The translations under genes and the position numbers were made by a program. Shown here one piece after another: positions 11,392 through 22,600 of a DNA stretch of 64,000 bases. The notes under the pieces are model-generated. The model searched no databases. It had not been told where the DNA came from and was given only the letters and a program-made list of their open reading frames with translations. Position 1 is the stretch's first letter; every line of letters begins with the position of its first letter. Origin of the DNA: Nageia nagi (lineage: Eukaryota; Plantae; Pinophyta). The stretch is taken from NCBI GenBank assembly GCA_050084985.1, contig JBITNC010000002.1, positions 5,890,001 through 5,954,000 of the forward strand, read 5' to 3'.

Positions 11392-14300
11392 ATGGGAGAC
11401 TCCTTTTTACCCAAACACATTCTTGATGGTTCTAACTTTGGTATTTGGAAACCTTGGATGAGAACTAAATTATAAGTAAGGAAGCTTTAGCAAATAGTGA
11501 ATGAGAACCTTGTACCTCCTATAGATGAGAAGGCACTAGAGACTTACAACATGCAGAATGAATTGGCAACCTCCATGATCTTCTGTGCAATTTTAGATGA
11601 TGTGCTCCTGATGATTTTCTCTTCAACCTCAAAAAAGGAAGCTTAGGATAAGCTTAAGCAAATCTACCTTGGTTTAAATTTTTCAAGAAAGTTTACCATT
11701 CTTCCAAAGTTGCTTCAATCTTGTTAAGGGGAAGATGAAAATGTGGCTATCTACTTGAACAAAATCATTGACCTAAGGACCTAACTTATTTCTTATGGGT
11801 GAAATTAGATCAAAGATGAGTTCATGGTCTTCATCATTTTCCAAAGCCTATCTTCAAAGTTTGGTAACTTTATGATGGTTATAGAAACAAGGCTTGATGA
11901 TAAGAAGCAGTCTTTTCTCTTGAGAACCTTTTTAGGCTCCTTTTGAAGCATGAGAAAACTCTTAACAAAAAGATGTTTATTTCTTCTCTTAAGAATAATA
12001 ATGTTGCTTTTGGAAGCAACCAAAAATCCTTTTAAGAAGTTTAACCATCAAAAGAAATCTTATCCTTTTTTCTCCAAAAAGTTTGAGAAAAGAGGCAATG
12101 GCAACAAAAGTAATAGGAACAATGGCAATAATAGAAATAATAACAACAATAGGAACAACGGTAACAATAACCACTTCAAGCAAAGAGATGGAAGGCAAAA
12201 CAAATAATCCATATCCTAAAGAAAAGTTTGATGGTAATTATAACTATGATGTCATCCAAGTTCATAAAGAAGTTGATTGCTACAAAATGAAAAGAGAAAA
12301 AAAGAATAAAGGTAATGGAAATGTAAAAAACTTCAAAGGAAAGAAGAATATTCAAGTTGATTTTGCTACGATGCTTTACTCTATATCTTGCACTTTTTTA
12401 TCTAATTATATGGTTGACTCTGGTTGCACTAATCACCTATGTTTTGAAAAGGAAAAGTTTGAGAACTTTCACAAGTATAAAAAAGATGCAGTTGTGATAG
12501 GTGATAACTCTACCCTTGAAGTCCTAGGAATTGGAAGTGTGTTGATTTATGGGAAGGTTCTTGATAATGTGCTCTATGTTCCTAAATTTAGGATGAACCT
12601 TCTCTCCGTAATCCAAGTTGCTAGAAAAGGGTACTCTTTTGAGTTTGACTCTCAATTCTAACGCATTAAGAAAGGACTTGCCACTATGGTTAAAGTAAAG
12701 CATGATCTTTACATTGTGGATCAAGTTCCAACAAAGATGTGTTTTACTACAAATATGTGTTCTAAAGGCAATCTTTGACATCAATATTTAGATAACCTTA
12801 ACCACAAGATTATTCAAGTCATGAAATACCAAGAACTTGTGAAAGGTTTACCTTCAATTTCTTCTTTAGTTAGTTTATGGAAGAAGTGCATTCTTAGCAA
12901 GATGCATAGATAAAATTTTGAAAAAGATAAGGCAACAAGAGCATCTCAACCTCTTCAACTTATGCATTCAAATTTGATGGTCCGTTTAAGACTAAATTAC
13001 TTAGAGGAGCATCTTATATCTTGACGTTTATTAATGACTTTAGTAGAATGACCTTTGAGTATCTATTTAAGCACAAAGATTAAACCTTTGAAAGTTTAAA
13101 GATTTTTAAGGCCTTTGTTGAGAATCAAACTGACCTTAAAATCAAGATGTTAAGATCAGATAATGGAGTAGAATATAATATTAATGAGTTCAATGTCTAT
13201 TACTAAGTATGGAATCAAGAGGTAGCTTACAATTCCATACACTCCTTAATAGAATGGTGTTACTGAATGAAAAAATAGGATAATTATGAAGATGGCTAGA
13301 TGCATGTTGGATAATATTCCTAGTTTCTTATGGGGTGAAGCTATGAGCACTACTATTTACACCTTGAATAGGTGTCCCACAAAAGCCATTCAGGGTAAAA
13401 CTCCTTTTGAGGTATGGTCAAGAAGAAAACCTAACATTTCTCACCTTAGGCTATTTGGTTATGAAGCATTCTCTTACATTATTTTTGAGAAAAAAAAGTT
13501 AGATAAAAAAAAGCTAAAAAATGCATCTTTGTGGGTTATGAAAATTAGCATAGAGGCTATAGGCTCTACTCTCTATCTTGCAAAGTCATGTTTGTTTCAA
13601 AGGTTGTAAAGTTTAATGAACTTCTTAAAGAATCTGCTTCTAATGACGATGTTGATGATCCAAAGGACTCTTCAGTTGCACCTAACTGGTTCGATATTGA
13701 TATAAACAAGTCATCTCAGGAACAAAATTCTCCAACACAAAGGGTAATAAGGAGCATGACCTTGAACAAATCCATAGTTGCTAAGATTGACAATAAGCAT
13801 GAGCCCTTAACCTTCAAAGAAACTTTTAAGCACAAGTGCTAGATGGAAGCCATGAAAGAGAAGTATGAGGTGCTTATGAAAAATAAAACTTGAGATTTAG
13901 TTCCTTATCGTAATAAGAAGAATATGATTAGTAATAAGTGAATCTTCAAGGTCAAGTTCAATTCTGTTGGAGATATTGAGAAATACAAGGTAAGGTTAGT
14001 AGCCAAAGCTTTTGCTCAGAAATACGATGTAGATTATAAGAAAACCTTTGCTCCCATAGCAATGATGCCTACTGTGAGAATTATCCTTGCTCTTTTTGTA
14101 GCTCAAAGATGGAAATTTTTTCAACTTGACATCAAGAGTGCATTTCTCAATGGTGATTATATGTGAGAATCTTCATGAATCAACTAGAAGGGTTCTTTAT
14201 GGAAGGCAAAGAGTCCTTTGTGTGCAAGCTAAAGAAGTCATTATATGGACTTAAGAAAGCACCCTAGAGCTTGGTATAGGAATATTTTAAGGTATTTTGC

Positions 14301-15340
14301 AAATATTGGTTTTTCAAGTGTTTTTTTAACTTCGATCTATATGTGCTCAATCAAGAAAAAGATGTGGTCTTGATTCTCCTTTATGTGGATGATCTTCTAA
14401 TAACTAGGAATAATGAAGAAATCATTCAAGAGTGCATATCCAAACTTAAGGTAACATTTGAGATAATTGATCTTAGTCTCTTACACTACTATCTTGGAAT
14501 GCAAGTGTATTAATATAAGGATTCTACTTATCTCAGTCAATCTAAATATACATCAAACATATTACAGAAGTTTGGAATGAAGGAATGTAGATATGTTGCG
14601 ATCCTAGTCTCTCTTAAAATCATTATTTCTCTGAGCTCCAACTCTTAGTTAGCTTATGTTATAGCTTACAGGTAATTAATTGGTAATCTTTTATATTTGA
14701 TTATTTCTAAGCCAGATATTACCTTTACAATGAATCTAATGGTTTGATTCATGCAAAAACCATATGTTGAGCACCTCAATGCTATTAAACATATCTCGAG
14801 GAATGTTGCAAGGATAAAAGATCTTACTCTCAAATATTCCAAGTTACCCTCGTTTGTTCTCTCAGGGTTCTTAGATTCTAACTATGGGGGAGATAGAGAT
14901 GATAGGAAATCAACCTCTACGTATGTGTTTAGTATTGGTTCAGGTGCTATCTCTTAGGCTTCCAAGAAGCAGCCTACTATTTCTCTTTCCACCATAAGAG
15001 CTGAATATCGTGCCATGTCTGTTGCAGCCTAAAAAGCCATTTGACTAAGGAATCTTCTAAAAGAAATTGAGTATAAGCAAGATGGTTCATCTTTGATTTC
15101 TTCAAATAATCAATCGATGATCTCTTTGGCTAAGAATCATTTGTTCCATTAGAGAACAAAACATATGAAAATCTAAGCATATTTTTTTAGGATGAAGGTT
15201 CTTGATGGCATCATACACCTAGAGTATTGTCCATCCACCTTGAACTCCGTTGATTTGTTCACCAAGCCCCTCCCGGAAGCTCAATTCTATAAGCTTAAGG
15301 ATACCATCAGATTGGTGAAGTTGCCCTTAAGGGGGAGTGA
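11392..15340 (+). pseudogene. Copia gag-pol pseudogene with many stops and frameshifts
   Basis: Protease VDSGCTNHLC, VLYVPKFRMNLLSV, integrase ARCML...LWGEA, RT YVDD at 14382-14393, RNase H DRKSTS and DLFTKP. Confidence 0.93.
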
Positions 15341-16058
15341 AGTTTGAATTCTTATGTTGAATTCATGTTTGTGATGACAACTTCACCCTTAGGAGAATTT
15401 TGTGTTGTATAATGTTGATTTTATTGTACACCTTTGTGGTAAGTTCGCTTTGCATGAGGAACTTGTGCAAATTTTTAAAATAAAAGATTGGCCAATCTAG
15501 CACTGTTTAGCTATCCATGTGTGAGGAACTTTTATGTATTTTTTGATATTATTTAGTTATCCATATGTGAGAAACTTGTATGTGCATGCTCTATTTTGTA
15601 ATGATAATCAACACATGTTTTATATACAACAAGTGACTATGAGTTTTGGCTTGGCATCTTCGTGATGACTTATAGTGCGCCATTGATCAGTTCATGATAG
15701 CATTTGTTTGATTCATCTATCTTTGTTGATATGAATATGTTGCATCTAACTGATATTGTTATTTGAGTTGCTTATGACCTACAAGTTCCTTTGAGATCAC
15801 AGGTTACTTACTTTGGTTATGCAGGCTCCTAGATACTCTTCATGATTTTCAGTTGGATGACTACTGCATGTACATTGAAATCGATTGTGGTTAATGATTG
15901 TATTTGGTAAAGTAGTGAATCTCAAACTAAATTTTGCTTAATTAACAAATATGTGAAATGTTCTCATCTTCGGTTGTATCTGTTTGGAGCAGAACTCTCT
16001 TACTTTCGCTCTTTCTTTTCTCTTATTCGCTCTATCCCAATATTGCATTAAAGGTGAG

Positions 16059-16558
16059 TGTTGGAATGTATAATGCATTATTGTAAAGGTTTACATAATT
16101 CCTCTTTGTAAATTCACTAATACTTAAGGGTATCATTAGATACCTTAAGTTTTTGAGTGAATATGATAATGTAACTTGTCCTACACTCCATGTCATGGGC
16201 ATGCCCCGTGGGTAAAAGGATGTGCATGTCATGCTTTTGTACATTGGATAAAAGGGTGATCCAAAGAGGGATTTTGGCCTATAAATAAAAGGCTCCCTCT
16301 TTCTAATCATACACCAATTTGTGAAGAAAAGTTATGTTAGATAATAGTGTTTAAGAGTTAAGATTAGGAGAATTGTAAGAGAGTTATCTTTGTGAATGAA
16401 GTAAGATCTTGTTAATGGATGTACTCCTAGTTGGAGGAACCATTTTATTTCTTGAGTCATTTTGTGAGATTGTCTATGCTTGAGTTTTTGATGTTAAAGT
16501 GAGCATACATGTGATCCTGTTCGTTTTGGATTGTATTCTTTATAGTTCAATCCCTTCA
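16059..16558 (+). repeat. 3' LTR of the copia element
   Basis: Direct repeat of 8193-8691, preceded by a degenerate PPT (aaaggtgag) and followed by TSD TGTAG. Confidence 0.95.
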
Positions 16559-16899
16559 TGTAGGGCCTATCAAAATTTGTCTAGACAAGAAGAGAAAATA
16601 TATCAATTAAGTATTTGAATTATTATTTCTCATATAATTAAGTTGTATAATAAAATTGTCAAGCTTGTTTTGATTGTCTTCATTTAAGAATTTGTGGATT
16701 AATCTTTAATATCAAATACCTTTGTAGGTTTCTCTTATATTTTTGTAGAGTGGGCAAATACTTAATTGATATATATTTACTTATGGACAAATCCCACAAA
16801 TCAAGGGGTTTAGAAGCACCTTAAAAGACTTACGTATCTATCTATGGTGTTATTACCATTTTTATGAATATAAGTGAATTTTGATGGGCAACTAATAAG

Positions 16900-17400
16900 C
16901 TTGTTTAGTTCTTATCCAAAATTATTTTTAATTCGATCTTCTAAGGTTTGAGAAAACTCGTTATTGAGGATAGAATCTTCATCAAGCCAAAAAGAGTTAG
17001 TGTTGCTAAAACAATTGGTAATAATACTTTGCATGCAACTATTTCAAGCATCAAAATCCAAGTAGAACTATCTCCCACTTTTGTTTAAAGTGGACAATAT
17101 CATCATTAAAGTTTCAAAAGGAAAAATCATTATCTAGTTTATATTTTGTATAAAATGTTGAATTGCTTAAGGGTAAAATAGCATATAGTAAAAAATATAT
17201 ATTTATCATTATTATTTAATTCAAACCACATAAATTTGTTATTTGAGACACTCTTGAATAACTTAAAGGATTGAGCTAGGTAAGATTTGTAAGAGAAAGC
17301 TACCTTGCCAAGACCTCTACCAATATGCCTTTTGTTCCAAATAGGTGATAAATTTAATTCATTCATACTAAAGAAACAATTTTTATCAAGTTCCCAAGTT
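16900..17400 (-). mobile_element. RTE LINE endonuclease fragment
   Basis: ORF 17139..17366 (NKRHIGRGLGKVAFSYK...FMWFEL...TICYF) resembles APE-type endonucleases of RTE elements. Confidence 0.55.
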
Positions 17401-19562
17401 TTAGTGAAAAAAAAATATCTACATTATGGGGAATCGAACTTAATTAACACACCCAACACAGGGATTGGAACTCAGGACTTGCCAGTGACTATTCCATAGA
17501 AGTACCCTAAACTTTGATTGTTATTCTTGTTTACTCTTTAAGATTTCATCTTTATGATTTTTAATGAATGTTATTTTTCATCTTTTTGGCTTCTTTCATT
17601 TTTTGAATTTCTTACCTAAGGACAACTAGGATTGAACTAGGAAAACCATTTTCACCAAATCTCCTACATTATCTTCAAGTTTACATGAAATTAAAGAATT
17701 GTGCTTTTAGCATCACTAAATACATCAATTAACACATCACATGGTCTTTGATTCCCTCTTTCTCAATTAAGAGTTCACTCACACCAACTCCATATCAAAA
17801 CAAACCATAATATCCTTAAAGACAAGCATAAATGCAACAAAAGATTGAAGAGCATTTTATATTCATTTACCCCATCTACTATGAAATTTGATTAGATTCT
17901 TTGATTATTCAAAAGTGCCCATACTTTGAAATCATGGATGAATTACAAAAATAAAAAATGTATCACAATTTATATCAAATAAGCCACCTACCTTAGAAAG
18001 TGATCACTAGTAGATCCTACAGTACAAATTTCAAACTTATCACATCTTTTTTTCAACCATAAGAAGATACCAATCGAAAACATAAACTGATCCTTGAAAA
18101 CTTTGGAAGGGGTACTCGTCAATGCATTGCTACTAAACCCATTACGATTACTTCCTCTCGTTGTAATATCATGAGCTTCTTTCCAACGTCAAATGTTGGG
18201 GAAGCCCCTTGACTCTCCATATACAAATTTTTTACCTCATCTACATTTGCTGAATTGACACATTTTCTATCTACTTCTCACTCTTACATATTGAAGTCAT
18301 ATTATATGCTCCCAATTTTAGTAATTGCGTAAACATTTATTTCATTATAAATGTAAAATCTACCAATTAAAACTATAACTTTGGTAATTAATTAATTGAT
18401 GAACATAATTCTTCATGTGACTCAAGGTTTAAGGGTAAAAGGATGTTGACTATCTTAAATTTGATTCGGATCCACTAATAGATATAATAACTCTTGATCG
18501 ACTTGCATATCTTGGAGGATTCAATTAGGATCGTTAACTAGGTGATCCATAATTCAGCATTAGGTTAGCAATATTCTTGTGTGGAAGGATTTAACCTAAG
18601 ATCCACAAAATCAATCCATGCATCCATTTCATGCAGAACATCAATATGAATCATCCAATATAACATGTAAAGCAATCCATAAACTAACACACTACCATTA
18701 CCATGCTGTAAAGGAACATATGGCCAATTGCTCAACTTCAAGATCTTGAATTCCATACTACATAAACGGGGGCTCATCATAGTTGCAAAACTCAAAAAAA
18801 TCATATGAATGACATACCTACCAAAACAAATTATTCCAAAAGACCCATTACAAATATATATTTTTTTAAATTGCATACCTGATACTTAGATTAACTTTTT
18901 GATGTTTTCGGAACTACAGTACTTACAATTACACATTTTAGTGCCATCAATTGTGATTGGGATTATGCTTGTTTGTACTTGCAACAATCTCTGTCTCATG
19001 ATATTGTAATAGCCTTCAATAATAAAACAGATCATTTGAAAAATCAAGCCACAGTTTGACAGTGTAAACATTAGAAATGAATGGTTCGTTATTTGAAACA
19101 TTGAAAGGTGGTATGGAATCAATGGTTGTAAGCAGCCAGGAGAATGAGATAATTTTAAGATCTTTAATAGAAAACTTTTGATTAAATACAAACTCGTATC
19201 ATCGACAGAATAAAAAAACCCTAATTAATATCAGATGCATCATCAAGGGAAGGAAAAACATAGGTTACGCTCAAATGTCTGCAGAATGAAGACGAGCATC
19301 TATTCAATAGCTTCTTCAGAAAGGCTTACAAAAACGGTCTTAACATTCTTTAATATGAAATTGTCCTCCATTCAACTCATTCTGTATTGTCCATACACAT
19401 TTACAAATTAGAATAATGTGCCTGAATGTTGACAATTCTCACAACTATGCAAGGGACAATATGGACTTATTACCAAATTTAATCCAGGGAAGCCCTTCTC
19501 AAGTGAGGCACCCTCACATCCAGAATTGTGTTTCTTTATCAATCACAATACAACAATAGAAA

Positions 19563-19607
19563 TCAAACTTCTGGCCGCCGATAAATCCTTCGGAGGGCCA
19601 CTCTTTC
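19563..19607 (-). CDS. SHH1: SHH last coding exon (45 nt): [14 protein letters not shown]
   Basis: ttacag|GAA AGA GTG...GAA GTT TGA; LRRxxRRPE terminal motif. Confidence 0.9.
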   Translation of the reverse strand, partial: ERVALRRIYRRPEV

Positions 19608-22600
19608 CTGTAAATAAATGCGAGTATATTATTTTTTTTAAGCTTTTGCAGTCAAAATGGACCTAAACAAGCTATACTCGTAATTTTTTCATGCATTTGA
19701 ATGTAAAGAGTGTTATATACCTCTTCTTTGTCATATTCATACCGAACCAAAAACCTGCATCGACAACCTCTTACATCATGCCGCTTTCTCTGGACGTCCA
19801 TAACAAGGGCATCCAAGTAGATTGCTTGCTCACGACCTTCCTGGTATCATGTTAGAGATATCAAATTACTAACAACGCTTTATTTACAAGATAAGTTAGC
19901 ATAGATTAATAAGCTAAGAGGCCAAAGAAGCATAAATGAATTGGAAAGTATTGATACCCGAAAACAAAGTATAGTATCTCCTGGATTGATAGAAGTACAT
20001 TCAGATGGCTCACATGCAAGAGATCGTTGGCGAACGGCATTTCTAACATTAACCCACTCATCTTCCTCCGAACCAAATCCAGCATACCTCACACGGACTT
20101 CCTGATAGAAAAAACAGACATTGGTTACAGTCCAAACATAAAAATACTGTAATCATCCATAAATCAATTTGATAGTGAATTAACCTTAACAAGTATTTTA
20201 AACTAACTCCAAAGTTTCTTAAGCCCACAAGATGCTCAAATCTATACAAATTCATGTCACTGTCAATAATTGCTTCCAAATTGCAGTGTGTAAAATTATG
20301 TGTGTGGAAGCATGTTGATTGGCAATATGCAATTTATCCCTATTGAATTTAACTTTAGAAAATCAGATACCATCAGGTAGAATGTGAAAGAGATTTTACT
20401 TCCTGTGTCAGTTATAAATCGATGATAAGAACCCCTGAAAGTTCAACATGTGGCAGTTAGCTGCCTCCTAACCAGTGCTTTGCTTAGAGATGCATAATTT
20501 AATGTCTTTATACAATCTCTTTTTAGACCAACTTCTTTATTTGCTTCGATAATTTCGAGTATTACAGTTACCTCTTACAACATTTTTTGTATTTTCCTCA
20601 CTGCTCTTGGATTTCCTTTTGGTTATTAATGGAAATTTCGTCACATTTTTATTAGATGTAAATATCACATGGAGGCCACCCAAGCAAGTAGTAATAGCTC
20701 AATCCTGTGTAGCTGAAATCTGTTTCCAGTTTCTGAGGGTTAGCTTTTCTTTTAGGGCAATGTTTTTTTTGTTTTGTTTCTTTCAATCAGATAAATTGTG
20801 GGTTTTAAAAAACAGGGTCCCAAAACCTGCATTTACATGTTTAGAGATATAGCTGTTACAATTTTTTTACAAAACATGCTGCAGAAGTCCTTTTAGGGCA
20901 ATGGTGGTATGGAAATACACCACAAAAATGTTTCAGGAAGGGTTAAAAATGCAAGAAACGGTTGTTTCGAATCACTTCTGGGAACAAGAAATACCCTATT
21001 TGTCTCGAGTCATGTCAAAAAGATTGGGATTTCTGACCTTTTAAAAATATTTTTCTTTTCGTTCTTGAAGGTGCACATGTGAGAAGACAAATAAGAGAAT
21101 TGGAACTTGGAATTACAGAAATCTGGATGGAGAGTAGGAACCACAGACCTCCAGTCCAATCATAAATATGTAACCATGATCAACAACTGACCAGAAGTCA
21201 ACTCGTTACAATCTTACCCATTTCAGTCCTCAACCGCACACAACCACCCATGTGGCATGGATGGAAAACTTGCAAAAAGACGAAGGGTGATTCTTATTTG
21301 ATTTGTTACTTTTGCAATGTCTTATCCTTGAAATTTGATGGTCAAATGCTTAGTCATAAGGGAAAGAAACCCTCCACATGCTAGATATGGCTGACTTTTG
21401 GAATCCAGATATTGACCGAGAGAGATGGTGAAAACTTGGGCTATTTCTTAAGACTTTAAATATGGATCCATTTCACCCCTCAAAATTGCACTCGTACATG
21501 AAGATGTTCTAAAAGGAGAGAGAAAATTTCACCTTTTGCATGTGTTTTTCGCTAAATGAGGCAATAATTCATGCATATGAAAGCGTTTTGAGACCCTTTG
21601 CATGTACATTTCATCAATCTCCATGTAGCACTGCAATTAGGTTTTGCTTGCTCAGGCTCTATCTTTGAAAAAGATCTATATTCGTTCAAGAGGGATAAAT
21701 TTTGGGCAATTCTAATCATCTTAACAGGATGCCAAAATTATAATGAATGCAAATAAATGACTGACTCCAACCGTGAGCATAAATTGTGGGTAGTGATGTC
21801 AAAGACAAAAGATTGCTAGAGCATCTACGCTTGTGGTGATTGTTCAGCCAGCACAATGCCCCTCAAAAAACTTTGACTCTTGCAACCCACAGCAGGGTCA
21901 AGGGCAAGCACCCCTCTAGTGTCTAAGGGCTATGCCACGTCTTGTCCATAACCAATTTGTGATTTGTAAGGGTCACTTAACCATAATTTATAAATATTGG
22001 ATAAGCATCTACACTTTTCTGCAGAATCTTACCCTTAAAAGTCTGTTGTGTACACCGTACTTATCCTCCTAATCTGAATATGGATTTAACCTAGGTCACA
22101 AAACACAAGAATGAACTTTGAATGGATTCTAGACAAAGTAGAGACAATGGATTCGAGAATAAACACAATCACCATGAAACAAGAGAACAAGCAAGTTTGG
22201 GAATACGGTAAAACTGAGTAAGCTTGAGAAGGTTGTATACAACTCAAAAATTATGGAAAACCCCATATACTTGCCTATCAGCTGTCTCATAGTCCTTTAT
22301 GCACTCCTATGCTACATCTTATTTATGTTCTATGCAAGAGAGATGACCCTTGGGATTCATAAGGTGGTGTTTTGGGAATCTAATGATGTTTCATATACTC
22401 AGAAAAGTTAATTTGTAACCGAAGCATCATCTTCCCACATTCTTGTTGGCATGAGGACTGCCAACTGTCTGAGACTCTGAAGTAGCCTGTTCGTGGACAT
22501 TTGGTGAGCTAGTTCATCTTTGTTGGCCCACTCTAATTTCTTAGGAAAGACATATTCTTGGGGCTGCACCTGGACAGTAACAGAGGCTAATGTATCCTTG

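Larger units (their letters stand above)
8193..16558 (+). mobile_element. Structurally complete but coding-dead Ty1/copia LTR retrotransposon (8.4 kb)
   Basis: TG...CA LTRs at 8193-8691 and 16059-16558; perfect 5-bp TSD TGTAG; PBS-like TGGTATTAGA at 8694; domain order gag-PR-IN-RT-RH. Confidence 0.95.
6811..16845. repeat. MITE/foldback-like inverted-repeat family whose copies flank and host the copia insertion
   Basis: 6811-6930 is the reverse complement of 16755-16845. Further copies lie at ~7200-7250 (-), ~8110-8160 (-) and 8165-8192 joined to 16559-16670 (+). Confidence 0.55.

Noticed and set aside
11950-12207. Asn-rich ORF as a prion-like host protein
   Set aside because: It is the low-complexity linker of copia gag, upstream of the zinc knuckle.
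8058-16310. Near-identical ORFs 8058..8360 and 16032..16310 as a duplicated gene
   Set aside because: Both are antisense readings of the two copia LTRs.
17450-17500. tRNA gene
   Set aside because: Only a B-box-like fragment; no cloverleaf can be built.
19880-19957. C-terminal tail VSILSNSF... of ORF 19880..20092
   Set aside because: This is read-through into the 117-bp intron; the GT donor at 19957 restores SAWADEE homology in the next exon.
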